A stretch of DNA of 64,000 bases from the human T2T-CHM13v2.0 reference genome, Homo sapiens, in NCBI RefSeq assembly GCF_009914755.1, contig NC_060935.1, one strand, 5' to 3'. Of this stretch, positions 15,801 through 38,900 are shown one piece after another. Every line of letters starts with the position of its first letter. Positions within the stretch are counted from its first letter, which is position 1. A program made the translations under genes and the position numbers. The notes beneath the pieces were generated by a model that had not been told where the DNA came from, ran no database searches, and saw only the letters and a list, made by a program, of their open reading frames with translations.

Positions 15801-18800
15801 TACCCCAATGAAAAAGCATGATCTCTTGCCCAGTTTCTGCACCTGAGACAGTTTTCAAACCCAAACCCCACTGATTGAAGGAGGGATTAGGTCCCAGGAG
15901 GACGGACCCTGCAGTACCATAGCAGGCTCCGGCAGTCCTTCCCCACCCCACCACTAAAGGTGTATTTCAGTAACTGTGCACTAGGAAAAGGGCAATGCCC
16001 AGGGCTGGGGGACTCCGGGACCAAGTTGACACTGAGAGCTGGAGTCAAGGTACCATCATGGGCCCACTAGAGTAGGGCGTATGGAGGCCAGCAAAGTGCA
16101 ATCCTGGTCCACCTCTAGCTCACACTGAGTCATCCCTTTGCATTCCCAGAATGCTGCATATTCCCCCAGACCCTAAAAGTACACTCAGACAATCTTGGTA
16201 GTTGGCAGAATCCTCACGTAGGCTCATTGTCCTGTAGGGTAAAAACTATCATAGTGTTACCAAGTAGAAACTTCTGAAACTGCCCACCACCTTAGCCAAG
16301 GCAATACACCAAAAAGAAAATCTCATTGGTGGGGAATGGCAGAGATGTGGGCCCCTTTGGAAGACCTGAAGGTTGCAGGTGAGGCGATTCCCATCATCTC
16401 CCCCATTTTCCAGAGAATGCTAACAGACTACTGTCAACTTGTGATGGGAAATTTTATGCGTCCACTTCACTGGGCCATGGTGCCCAGATGTTTGGTTAAA
16501 CATTATTCTGGGTGTGTCTGCAAGGTGTTTCTGGATATGCTTAGCATTTGAATCTGTGGACTGAGAAAAGCAGGTCACTCTCTCTGGTAAAGGTGGGCCT
16601 CATCCAATCAGTTGAAGGTCTGACTAAAACAAAAAGATTAAGCAAGAGAAAATTCGCTCTCCCTGCCTGTCTTAGTCTGTTTATGTTGCTATAAAGGAAT
16701 ATTGGAGCCTGGGTAATTGATAAAGAAAAGAGGTTTATTTGGCTCATGGTTCTGCAGGCTGTACAAGAAACATGACATCTGCATCTGCTGCTGGTGAGGG
16801 CCTCAGGCTGCTTCCACTCCTGACAGAAGATGAAGGGGAGCCAGTGTGTGCAGAGGTCACATGGTGAGAGAAACAAGTGAACATGGGACTGCCAGGTTGT
16901 TTTCAACAACCAGCTGTCAGGGGAACTCAGAGTGAGAACTCACTCACTACCATGAGGATGGCACCAAGCCATCCATGAGGGATCTGCCCTCACAACCCAA
17001 ACACCCCCATTAGACACCACCTCCAGCACTGAGGACCAAATTTCAACATGATTGATAGCCCAGCTCAAAGAGCCGCTTGTCTTTGAGCTGGGATATCAGT
17101 GTTCTGCCTTCACACTCAGATTGGAACTTACACCATCAGCTCTCCTGGGTCTCCAGCTTGCAGATGGCAGATGGGGATACTTTCCAACCTCCATAATCAC
17201 AGGAGCCAATTCCCCCTAAAAAGCCCCTGTGTATATGTACAGCTAATCCCAAGCTCCACTGAGCAGTAGCCCAGTGGATTGTTGCTGTGCCAGCTGTGCT
17301 ATATTTGCTGGAGCAGAGGGCTGTGGAATGGGGTACATGTTAAGCAGCCATTAGTGGGTGGATTTGTTCTATGCCATCCCTATTTAAAAAGAGCCCTGGA
17401 CACCTTTTGGGGGACATCATCATTCTGCCCACCACCCCGGGACAGGAGGCACATGAATGAACTCACAGGTGTGGCCATGAGAGGTGAAGAGCTTGGTATC
17501 ACGTGTTCATTCCCAACAGAGAGCATCCACCAGGGAGCCACTAAGCAACCAGTTAGACAGAATGGCCGCAGTCCTTGACTTCAGCCAGCCTCTGTCCCCG
17601 ACCACCTGAGTGCTGGCCCCCTGGGTGCATGCATGGAGCAGCTTTGGTGGTAGAAAGGGATGCTGACCATGAAATCAACAGCACAGCTCCACCCACCAAG
17701 GCTGGTCTAGCCACTGCTGCCACAAATGCCCAACCTGTCTGCAACATGGGCTGCTGAGAAGCCCCCACTAGGCACTATCCATAGAGAAAGTTGACAAGGC
17801 AACAGAAGCATCCATCCCATTGGGGGCAGCAATTCAACTCCACTAGAATTGACACATAACCCAGGCTGATCCCCAGGCCTTATTAAGTGTTGATCCACCA
17901 AACAGGGCATGCGTAGCAGTGCCTTGGACCAAGGGACCCACTTTACAACACAGGGAGGAGGTGCAGCCATGGCACATGGCACATGGCACATGGCCATGGC
18001 ATCTGCTGGTCCTATCACAGCCCACACCACTCAGACGCAGCCAGCACCACAGAGCAGGGGAGCAGCCTTTTCAGAGCTCCATGAAGGCCCCAGCGTGGGG
18101 GTGATACTGTTCAAGGATGGGGTGTCACATTGTGGAACTCAGTAGTCACTCCAACTCAACAGCCACCATGGGGTGCTATGTCCCCAACAGGCCTCGGAAC
18201 CAAGGGGCAGAAGCAGCAGCGGCCCCTGTACCACCACTGCCAGTGACCTGCTGTGGGTTTTGTGCATGCTGTTCCCTCCAATCTAGGCTGCCAGTCCGGG
18301 GTCGTGGTTTCCACAGGGGACAACGCCACCAGTGGACAGATAGGAGACCCACTGAAATTTAGGCTACAGCCGATGCCTTGTCACTTTGGATTATTTGTCC
18401 CTGGAGACCAACAGTCATGACAATGAGCCCCCAAACTGGGAGGGAGGTGGGCCGTGGCCATCAGGAGGCAGTAGAACTGCTACTCCATGAGGGGACAGGA
18501 AAGAATACATTTGGTGCCTGGTGATCCAAGTGGTGGGACTTGGGGGACTTGGTGTTCCCTCAACTGCTTTATTCATGAGTGGACAAGTACAACAGCCATG
18601 GCCTGAGCAGGGATGGTGACCAGGGCCCCAGACCCCTCACTGAGGAGGGTCCCAGTTGGCCCACTGGGTAGGCCACAGAGACTAGAAGAGGTGCCCACTG
18701 ACAGGGAAGGAACCAAACATGAGTCAGGGAAGAACAAGGGTCATGACAGCCATGGCCAAGACGCTATGGGGCACAGGCTGTAGTTGGCTGTTTCTCTAAA

Positions 18801-19330
18801 CTTGTAAACCCAGGTATTAGTCAGCGTTCTCCAGAGAATCAGAACCCCAGGATATATACATACAGACATATGAGAGGATTTATGAGGGGAATCGGCTCAC
18901 ATGATTATGCAGGCTGAGAAGTCTCATGACAGGCTGTCTGCAAGCTGGAAACCTAGAGAAGCTGGTGCGGGGCTCATTCCAAGTCCAAAGGCCTCAGAAC
19001 CAGGGGAGCGGATTGTGTAACTCTGAGTCCGAGGCCAAAGGCCTGAAAACTGGTGGTGGTGGAGTGGCTACTGGTGTGAGTCCCAGAGCACAATGGCTGG
19101 AGAACCCAGAGTTCCGATGCCCACAGTCAGGAGAAGATGGGTTGCCTAGCCCTGGAGAGAAGGAGAATTCGTCATTCCCTGCCTTTTTTCTCTCTCTAGG
19201 CCCTCAACCTATTGGATGGTGCCAACCACATCAAGTGAGGGTAGATCTTCCTTATTCAGTCCATGGATTCAAATAACAATCTCTTTCAAATCTACCCTCA
19301 CAGATACCCAGAAATAATGCTTTGCAAGAT
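15800..19330. mobile_element. Old ERVL-class internal remnants with MLT2 (+, 16440-17230, containing MSTB (-) 16668-17057) and MLT2 (-, 18813-19330)
   Basis: MLT2 and MST terminal motifs; degenerate ERVL pol-like sequence at 17280-18700. Confidence 0.6.
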
Positions 19331-19413
19331 GTGATGGTTAATTTTGGGTGTCAACTTGACTAGATTAAGTGATACCCAGGTATCTGGAAAAGCATTATTT
19401 CTGGGTGTGTCTG

Positions 19414-22247
<2,834 letters not shown>

Positions 22248-22298
22248 GTCTGTGAAGGTGTTCTCAGAAGACATCGGCACTTGAATCAGTGGACTGAG

Positions 22299-25388
<3,090 letters not shown>

Positions 25389-25749
25389 GTAGAGAAGGTC
25401 CATCCTCGCCCAACGTGAGTGGGCACTGTCCAATCAGCAGTGGGCCCAGATAAGGAAAAAAGGTAGAAGAAAGGCGAACTCTCCCTCTCTGCCTCTCCCC
25501 ACTCTCCCTTCTGCAGCTGGGACACCCATCTTCTCTTGCCTTTGGATATCAGAACTCCAGATTCTTCAGCCTTCGCACTCTGAGACTTGTACCAGTGGCC
25601 TCCGGGTCTCAGGCCTTCAGCTGCAGACTGAGAGTTACCCAACTGGCTTTCCTGATTGACGCTTAGACTGTACCACATAAATGGCTTCCCTGGTCCCCAG
25701 CTTGCAGATGGCCTATTGTGGGAATTTTCAGCCTCTGTAATCATTGTAA

Positions 25750-26128
<379 letters not shown>

Positions 26129-27494
26129 TCGATGCTATTTCTATCCTATCGGTTCTGTTTACCTGAAGAACCCTAACATAGGTTTTGGTATCAGGATGAT
26201 TCTAGAGAAACAGAATCATAAGAATGAGTTTTCTGAATGTGTATTGTGTTTTTCGGAATTGGTTTTCTAATATGACTTGACTTAAAAGTGAGAAGAACTC
26301 TACTTCCAACAGTACACAGGACACTGATGGTCCATGGTGTGAATAGTTTATGAAAATATGCAAATTTCTGCATTGTATACTCCTAGTAAACCACTTACAA
26401 GAGGCAAGGAGCTTAGTGACTCTGTATATGATATTTTCGAACATTTGTGGAAAACCAGGGAATATAGTGACGTGGGCTGGTTACCAGTTGGTTGCTGGAC
26501 AAAGTGATGAAATCACAGGATGTGCTCAGTGATTCAAATTCCCAGTTCCAGCTCTGTATAAATAACCTGTGAGTGGCTGAGTGAACCCTGAAGGAGAATC
26601 TCCTTTCCTGTAGCCCTGGGGCCAAGACTGCTGAAAAGCAACCACAAGTCCTCGTCCTGAAACTGGATGAATTACAACGCAAGTTGAACTCTCAGCCTTG
26701 CGGGGTGTCCACTGTTCCAGTGAGGGCATTGGCTGGGAAACAGAGGATCCTGTAAGTTGGGATGGAGACATATGGAAGGACCCTGATGAAGCTGGGGACA
26801 GTGAGCCTCTAAGTTAGGATGAGTCATTTTGTCAGCAGAAGCAGCCTCCCTGCACCCAGTGGCAGTGCTACACCCACCCCCAGTGCTACACCCCTCCCCC
26901 AGTGCTACACCCCTCCCCCAGTGGTACTGGCCTTTCCACCTTCTCTGAGGCATTAATCTGTGTTGCCTGAGGAAAGGGTAAGGACTTCCCCTAAGGCAGT
27001 TGCTGATTCTCCTCGGGTCCCTCCCCCAACCCTTCCCTTTGCTTTAAGACCTATAACAAGACTCACAGCCCAGCAGGCCCCTGAAGGTGAGGCCCACAGT
27101 GTGACACAGGAGGAGGCGAGCCACACCCCAGAAGAGCCACTCGACCTCTCTGATTTATACAGACAGACACCTGGGAGCATGAGTGGGAACGGACGTTGGG
27201 TGTAGGGCACTGGGGGAGGAACATGGAGGTGGAGGGACCAGGTGTGCAGGCATGTCCACCAAGTAGAGCCTGAATTCCAGGCTGCAACTCAGGGACTTGG
27301 AAAAGCTCTAACTGGCTGGTCGGTTGAAACATGGATCAAAGGATGCCTGCAGTGAGCGAGCTGGAGATGCCTAAGCTCCCTTGGCTTAACATAGAGGAAG
27401 GGGTTCAAAGGCTCATTCCCAAAGGAGATCAGAATGTGACAATGAAAACCTCCTCACCTACCCTGGGAGGGCCCAAAACGCAGACCTTTCACAA

Positions 27495-28019
27495 CAGGGA
27501 TCCCCAACCCCCCGGGCCATGGACTGGTACTGGTCCATGGCCTGTTAGGAACTGGGCCACACAGCAGGAGGTGAGCGGTGGGTGAGTGAGTGAAATCCGT
27601 ATTTATAGCCACTCCCCATCACTTGCATGACCACCTGAGCTTGGCCTCCTGTCAGATCAGCAGCAGCATCAGATTCTCATAGGAGTGCAAACCCTACTGT
27701 GAACTGCACATACGAAGGATCTAGGCTGCAACGCTCCTTATGAGAATCTAATGCCTGATGATCTGTGGCTGTCTCCCATCCTCCCCAGATGGGACTGTCT
27801 AGTTGCAGGAAATCGAGCGCAGGCCTCCCACTGATTCTACATGATGGCGAGTTGTATAATTATTTCCTTACATATTACAATGTAATAATAATACAGATAA
27901 AGTGAACAATAAATGTAATGTGTTTGAATCATCCCAAAACCATCCTCCAACTCCGGGTCTGTGGAAAAATATTCTGCCATGAAACTAGTCCCTCATGCCA
28001 AAAAGGTTGAGGACTGCTG
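27495..28019. mobile_element. MER1A (hAT-Charlie) DNA transposon
   Basis: CAGGG...CTGCTG terminal inverted repeats; 8-bp TSD TTTCACAA (27487-27494) / TCTCACAA (28020-28027). Confidence 0.85.
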
Positions 28020-29974
28020 TCTCACAACACTGAGATATAGACTCGTGAGGGAGCCCAGTCTCCTTGAAGAGCTCTGAGATTGTTCTTCTCTGTAGGCCAG
28101 ACTCACTGTGGGAACTGCAGTCAATCAACTGAGAAACTTACATGTGATGGGAATAATTGGATCCTGGGGTAGCAGTGGCCAAGTGGGGGCATTCAAGCAC
28201 CAAAGGCAAAGTTGGCATGGTTACCATGATAGACAGCAGAGGCAAAGTAGCAGTCAGACCTGAGTTACAGGTCCAACCCATGTAGACCTATGGCACTGGC
28301 TGGTTACCATGTTTTTCCTAGCAGTGAAACAGATGGGAAGCCTGCTCAATTCCTACTGGATACAAGCAGAAAACTTACAGATCAAGTGGACAAAACTCTA
28401 AGTCCAATCATAAAAACAGAGAATCATGGCCTCAGTCTTTCACAGACTTGAGCCAGTCTATGAACCCAGAAAGAGTGAAAGAAAGGCTGGGTACCCTTGA
28501 GGAAGGACCCCAGGATGGCCAAAAATGTATATATACTGTTAATTCTTTCCCTGGTCTTCTCCAAAGGGGTCTATGGCCTTCTATCTGTGTAACTGTGTAT
28601 TGGAAAAAAGAAAATAATGTGGCATTTCGGGACGATTGGACACTGGCTCTGTCCTGACATTGATTTTAGGAGATGCTGGAACGACACTGTGGCCCTCCAG
28701 TTAGGGAGGGGCTTAGGGAGCCAGGTGATCAATGGAGTTTTAGCTCAGGTCTGACTCTGTGGGTCCAGCGGGTACCCAGCCCATCCTGTGGTCATCTTCC
28801 CAGCTCCAGATGTGTAAGTGGAACAGACACACTCAGCAGCCAGCAGAGTCCCCACATGCATCCCGTGACCTGGTGTGTGAAGGCTACTGTGGTGGGAAAG
28901 GCCAAGTGGAAGCCATTAGAGAGGTCTCTACCTAGAACCGTCAGTCAAAAGCCATCCCACATCCCTGGAGGGACTGCAGACATCAGTGCCACCACCAAGG
29001 ACTTGAGAGGTGCAGGGGCGGTGATCCCCACCACAGCCCATTCTCCCCACCTATTCGGCCCACAGGGGAGACAGGTGGGTCCTGGAGAATGACAGGGGAC
29101 TGTCCTAAGTTTGACTCCAGCTGCAGCTGCTGGGCCAGACGAGGTTCCATCGCTTGAGCAAATTAGCACATCTCCTGCTCCCTGGTGCGAAGCTCTTGAT
29201 CCAGCAAATGCGTTCTCCTCCACCCCCGTCCACAGGGCCCAGCAGAAGCCAGGCCAGCGATGCACCCTCGCCGCCCCACCTGAGGGGCCTCTCGCCTCTC
29301 CAGCCCGTGTCAGAGGTAATTCTCAGGAGTCTCGATCACCTCTCCCTTCCCCAGGATGTCACACTGGCCCATTACACCGGTGACATCATGTTGATGGGAC
29401 GTAAGGCACAAGAAGTAGCCTCCATCCTAGACTTGTTGGTGTCGGAGGGTGGGGAATAAACCCAACTGGAATTCAGAGCCTTCTACCTCAGGGAAATTTC
29501 CAGTGGTGTGAGGCCTGTTCTAAGGTGAAGGACAGGTTGTTGCAGCTGAACCCTCCTACAACCAAAAGAGAAGAACGGCACTAAGTGGGCCTGTCTGATG
29601 TGGGGTTGACACGTTCTTTCTCTTTGAGGTGTCCAACTCTGTCCATTTACTGAGTGATTTGAAAAGCTGCTAGTTAGTTTTAAGCATGGCCCAGAGCAAG
29701 AGAAGTCTCTGCAGTAGGTCCAGGCTCTGTGCATGCCGCTCTGCCACGTGGGCCACATGACCCGGCAGATCCACTGGTGCCTGGGGTGTCAGTGGCAGAC
29801 AGAGACCCTGTGTGGAGTCTTTGCCAGGCCCCTGTAGGTGAATCACGGCTCAGGCCTTTAGGATTTTGGAGGAAGGTCCTGTCATCATTCACAGATAACC
29901 CACTCTCCTTCAGAGAAACAGCTCTTGCCCTGCTTCTGGGCCTTTGTAGAAATTAAACACTTGGCAGTGTGAAT

Positions 29975-30274
<300 letters not shown>

Positions 30275-32106
30275 CTAAACTAGACAAGGGCCACCAAGTT
30301 ACCACGTGACTTGAACGGCTCATCATGATCCGGGGACTTTCTGACCCACGTAGCCATAAAGTCGTGTGCACAGCAGTGCTGCATCAGCCAGTGGAAGCAG
30401 GGGATAGGTGATCAGGCCCAAGCAGGTCCTGAAGGCACAAGGAAGTTACGTGAAGTAGTGGCCCAAAGCCTGTGGCCCCACTGCTGCTCCCCTGCCTTCT
30501 CCCTCCCTGTCTGCACCTGTGGCTGCATGGGGAGTTCCTCTGATTAGTTGACGGAGGAAGAGAAGACTCAGGCCGGACTTACAAATGGTTCTGCTCTACC
30601 GGAAAGTGGACAGCTGCAGCCCTGTAGCCCCTGGGGGACATCCCTCAGACAGTGGTGAAGAGGAATCTTCCCCGTGGGTAGAACTTCCGGCATGCACCTG
30701 TGTGTGCTCCGCTTAGAAGGAGCAGATGTGTGATGATATTTCATTCATGGCTGTTGCCAGTAATTTAAGTGGATGGAGGTGCTTGAAAGGAACATGATTG
30801 GAAAATTGGTGATGAAGAAATGTGTGGAAGAGATGTATAGATAGCCCTTTCTGAACATGCTAATGACATCCAGATATTTGTGTCCCATGTGAATGCTCAC
30901 CAAAGGGTGACCTCAGCAGAGGACTTCAGTAATCAGGTGGACAGCATGAGCTACTCTATGGACACCAGTGAGCCTTTTCCCAGCCACCCCTCTCATCACC
31001 CAGTGAGCTCCTGAGCGAAGTGGCTGTGGTGGCAGGGATGGAGGTTGTGCGTGGGCTCAGCAACATGGACTTCCACTGACCAAGGCCAAGCTGAGTACCA
31101 CCAGCACTGTATGCCCAGTGTGCCAGCAGCAGAGACCAACACTCAGCCTGATAAGCTCCATTCCTGAGTGATCAGCCCAGTGCCTGGGGGCAGGTGGGTG
31201 ACACTGGACAGCTCCCATCATGGGAGGGGCGCTGAGGCTCCATTCCCCAGCGTGTTGAGCCCGGTGCCTGGGGGCGGGTGGGTGACACTGGACGGTTCCC
31301 ATCATGGGAGGGGCGCTGGTTTGTTCTCACTGGGATAGGCGCCTGCCATGGATATGGATTTGTCTTCCCTGCACACAGTGCTTCTGTCGTCACTACCATC
31401 TGTGGGCTCAGAACTCCTCATCTAATGCCGTGCTGTCCACACAGCATTGCTTTGACGAAGGAACTCACTTTGCAGCCAAAGAAGCGTGGCAGTGGGCTCA
31501 TGCTCGTGGTATTCACGGGTCTTACCGTGTTCTCCATCATCCTGAAGCAGCTGGCGTGATAGAACGGTGGAATGGGCTTTTGCAGACACAGCTCCAGCAC
31601 AAGCTGGGTGGCAGTCCCTTGCAGGGCTGGGGCAAGGTGCTGCTCCAGGAGGCTGTCCGTGCTCTGAATCAGTGTCCAATATGTGGAGCTGTCTCTCCCA
31701 CAGTCAGGATTCACCCGTCCGGGAACCAAGGGGCAGAAGTGGGAGTGGCACCACCCACCATCAGCCCCAGTGACCCACTAGCAGTGTTTTTGTTTCCTGT
31801 TCCCATGACTTTACGCTCTGCTGGCCTAGGGGCCTTGGTTCCAAGGTGAGGAATGCTGCCACCAGGAGACACAACAATGACTCCATTGAACTGGAAGTTA
31901 AGGTGGCACCTGGGCAGTTGGGGCTCCTCAAGCCTCAGAGTCAACAGGCCGATAAGAGAGTTTGGATGCTGGCTGGGGATTGATCCAGAGGACCCAGGGG
32001 ACATCGAACTGCACTCCACACCAGAGGTGCGGAAGAGCACGGGGAATGCAGGAGGCCCCTTAGGGCTTCTTTAAGTGTAACCACACCCTGTGGTTAAGAT
32101 CCCTGG

Positions 32107-32456
<350 letters not shown>

Positions 32457-33489
32457 CTACAGCAAGGCCGAGACCCTTAAGCACTGAGGTCTTGGGTCAC
32501 CTGGCCAGGTACAGAACCACTACCGGCTGAGGTGCTTGCTGAGGGCAAAGGGACTACAGAATGGGCAGTGGTTATAAACACCAGGTACTCCTGTAGCTTG
32601 GCCAGTAGCAGAAATGAGGATTGCAACTTTCACGAGTGTTTCCTCTCCATTTTGTTAAGAAAGCATTTGTGCATATGTGTACATATGTTAAGCAAATATC
32701 TGTTTTCTTTCCTCTCTTACTCCTTTATCATGTAACATAAGATCTATTGATTTTGTCTCAGTATCAAGGTATCGTGAATTTTACATGACAGTATTGAGGC
32801 CGTGCGATATCGGGAGAGTCGACATCACTCGAGGACTTCACCTCCTCTTCCAGGGAAGGAGTCAGTGCGTGTCTGGTTGTATGCGGGACAGTCATCACAT
32901 GTTAGTTGGAACCATGACCTTGCTGCTGTCTATTTGGAGATGAAGTACGGTTTAAGGAGGTGTGTATGGGTTCCAAGCTGACAAGGAGTGAACTTGTGAC
33001 GGTTCGTTTCAGCTGTCAACTTGACTGGATGAAGGGATATCCAGAGAGCATGAAAGCATTATCTCTGGGTGTGCCTGTGAGGGCATTTCCGGAGAGACTG
33101 GCGATTGAATCCGTGGGCTGAATAAGGAAGATCTGTCCTCACCCAAAGTGGGAGGGCACCATCCAATCCACTGAGGGCCCAGGCAGAACAGGAAGATGAA
33201 TTCGTGCTCTCTTGCTCTCTCTTCCCCCACCAGAGCTGGGACACCCACCTCCTACTGCCCTTAGACATCAGAACTCCTGGTTCTCTGGGCTTTGGACCCT
33301 GGAACTTATACCAGTGGCCCCTCTGACTGCGAGTTACACTGTCGGCCTCCCTGGTTCTCAGATCTTCAGGCTTGAACTGAGCCACACTACCAGCCTCCCT
33401 GGGTCTCCAGCTTGCACAGACAGGGCAAATCATGGGACTTCTCAGTCTCCATACTCATGTGAGCCGATTCCCATCATAAACCCCCTTTC

Positions 33490-33880
33490 TTCCATCCATC
33501 CATCCATCCATCCATCCATCCATCCATCCATCCTGCTATCTATCTAGCTACCGAGCTAGCTACCTATATCTTTACTTATCTCTATCTATGTCTACCTATA
33601 TCTATATCTCTGTCTACATCTCTATATCTATCTGATCTATCTCTATCTCTATGGTAATCTCAATCTGTCTGTCTGTCTGTCCGTCTCTCTGTCTATCTGT
33701 CTCCCTCCCTGTCTATCTGCCTGTCTGTCTGCCTGCCTGTCTATCTGTCTGTCTGCCTGTCTGCCTGTCTATCTGACTGTCTGCCTGCCTATCTGTCTGT
33801 CTGTCTGTCTTTATCTCTATGGATCTGTACTTATTTATCTATCTCATTCCGTGTATCTGTCTCTATATCTATACATCTAC
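33490..33880. repeat. Compound microsatellite (TCCA)n/(TCTA)n/(TGTC)n
   Basis: Directly visible. Confidence 0.9.
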
Positions 33881-34664
33881 ATCATGGAGGACTATGGTAG
33901 ATGCTCACTGCTGTGCACTGCACCGTCCCTCCCAGCGGGACCACAGCACTGGTCCAGCCAGCTGCCCACAGCTCTCAGCTTGCTCCTCCCGAGGAAATGC
34001 CCTCAGCCAAAGGCAGCTGCCTCACCCATGGCTTCTCCCTGCCCTGGAAGCCACCTCTACCCAATGAATGGTCGATGGAGGAAGCAACAGGTCAGGTCCT
34101 TCACCTGAATTCATGGCCTCTCTAAAGGGCCCCTTCAGCTCCAAAAGCACCCGAGGCATCATCAGAAACCTTCTTTGCGAGTGGAGCACAGCTCAGCTGC
34201 CCCCACCTGCTCCTTCCCTCTCTCACAGCCTTTGTCCCCAAGAGCACTTGCCACTTTACCCTTGACCTACATGTCTCTATCTGGCAGTGTCTCTTGGGGA
34301 ACCGAACCTCAGACAGTTTGCAAGCAACAAATTCCAAAGGTCGTGCCTGGGCCTGGAGCTCTGCTGACATGGAAGCCATGCCCACCTGGGACCTGAGGGT
34401 GTTTCTTGTCTCACAGGCCTGATATTGAGTGGTGTGCATCTGCATACCCAGGTGGTTGTTAAAACACAGAACGGCTTCCATGCTGGTTGAACAACCCCTA
34501 CCTTGAGCCTCCAGGTGTCCCCCAGAGGCCACCCCGGTTCCTTCCCCCAGGGTCCAAGCAGGGCACGACAGACAGCTTCTGGAACATCACTCAATGCCGT
34601 GGCCAGCCCCATTCTGATGGGTCTGCACCAATCGGGCCTGCTTGTTAAGCATGACTAAAGTCTC

Positions 34665-36943
<2,279 letters not shown>

Positions 36944-38459
36944 AGCCCCCTCAACCCGCACACACTGCACATTGAGGGGAGGGCCGGGAGACTGGAAGGA
37001 AACATCAGAGTCTGGAGAAGACCACCAGGATCACCAGGGCTATGCTCTCACCCGGCACCCAGCACCGAGGGGCTCATGGGAAACAAGACGGGTCTCTCGG
37101 TGCACGAGTGCTGGGCACACATAGTCCACCGTGCATCCTGGGCTGATGATCTGGACCCTGGTCCTGTGCAGCCCTGGGGTGGGGCTCCAGGCTGAGATCA
37201 GCCACGTCTGGGGGAGGAGACAGTGTTCCCAGTCTCACCTTGCCCCACGGACTCTGACAGGGGTTGAAGAAGCAAGGAGGCTCCAAGGACTGGGGAGGGG
37301 GAGTCTGGCCGACGATCTAGGAGCATCAAGGCGCCTGCTCCCTCTCGGCGTGGCCCGGTCCTGTAGGTGGTCAGTTATGCAATGCCACTGCCTTCCTACC
37401 TCACAAGGAGGGTGGGTGGACTCAGAAGCCAGGCCCAGGCTTCCTTCTTGGCTCAGGCAAGGAACATAGGGGGCTTTGAGCTTTGCTTATTCATTTAACA
37501 ACTGAACCCCTAGTCTGTGCCAGGCCCCCATTTAAATGGTCCCTGGGATACAGCAGGGTCCAGAATGGGCCCAGACCCTGCCCCCATAGCTGACCTTCTG
37601 GAGAGCCTGAGGAGTGAGGGGTGCCCTCCAGGCACGGCAGACGGGGCAGGCTCTGCATTCGGGGGCTCCAGCTGCTTTCCCACCACCCACCCACTCCACC
37701 CGAGCCCTTCTGGGTCAGCTGGGCTCCTGGCTCTGCCCGCCTGGGGTGCAAGACGCCAAGTTCCTTCCTGGACAGTGAGAGAACCATGCCAAAAAGAAAT
37801 GAAAGGAAGGCAGACGGCGAGATGAGGGAGAGGGTGGGCACCCAGCCAGGGACCGCAGAGACGAGGAGGAGGCACAGAGACCCACTGTCCCCAGCCACTG
37901 CCAGTGAGGCTGGCCCAGGGCCAGGGGCTGGGCGTCCCTGGCATGCATGTGGCTCCCAGTGCCCCCACGTCCAACAGGAGTGGGGCGGCCCCCTCTTCTG
38001 CCACATCCCCATCCCACCTCCCATTCCATTCACTGGTCTCATTTTTAAGTTTTTCTCTCCCAGTTATTCAGGATTGATTTGGAGAGCAGAGCGATGGCTG
38101 CAGGTGGCTCTTCATTTTCCTTCACCTAAGAAGCAAACCATCATCCACCCCAAGCTTGTCTCTCCAGCCTGCCCCCTACATGAGGACAACCTCCCTCCTC
38201 TTCCACGGTGGCGCTGTTCCCACTGGAGGCCCAGGCTTGGCCATCCGTTCATTCTTGGAGTCCTCAAGAGATTGTCAGCTCTGCAGTGGGGAGCAGCCGC
38301 TGTCAAAGACCCTGGAACTTCCTCCCTGCTGCGTCCACCAACCCCCACTGCCCGCTGGGCACTCCCAACCTGAAACAAGCTTGCTCGCTGCAAAAGCCTC
38401 ACCTCTGACCCAACTTCCCACTCCCAGGATACCCAACCTGGCCTTCCCTCTGGATACCC

Positions 38460-38900
38460 CTGTGGGCTCCCCTCTGCTGATGGGTTCCCCTCTCCAGCTG
38501 TGGCTTCCCTCTGCTGATGGGGTCCCCTCTCCAGCTGGGGCTCCCTCCACTGATGGGGTTCCCTCTACAGCTGTGGCTCTCTCCACTGATGGGGTCCCCT
38601 CTCCAGCTGGGGCTCCCTCCACTGATGTGGTCCCCTCTTCAGCTTGGGCTCCCTCCACTGATGGGGTCCCCTCTTCAGCTGGGGCTCCTCTCCACTGACA
38701 GGGTCTCCTTTCCATCTGGGGCTCCCTTGGCTGATGAAGTCCCTTCTCCAGGTGAGGCTGCTCTCTGCTGACAGGGTCCCCTCTCCAGCTAGGTCTCCTC
38801 TCTGTTGATAGGGTCCCCTCTCCGGGTGGGCTCCCCTCTGCTGACGGGGTCCTCTGATGGGGTCCCTACTCCAGGGGGGCTCCCCTCCATAGATGAGCTC
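38460..38900. repeat. ~38-bp minisatellite (GGGCTCCCTCCACTGATGGGGTCCCCTCTCCAGCTG)
   Basis: About 10 progressively diverging tandem copies. Confidence 0.9.

Noticed and set aside
17965-18002. (CATGGCA)n repeat as a p53 response element
   Set aside because: The CATG cores lack the RRR/YYY flanks; it is a short slippage repeat.
31278-32074. ERVL integrase/dUTPase ORFs as a domesticated gene
   Set aside because: Frameshifted fragments with degenerate catalytic motifs and interrupting Alus.
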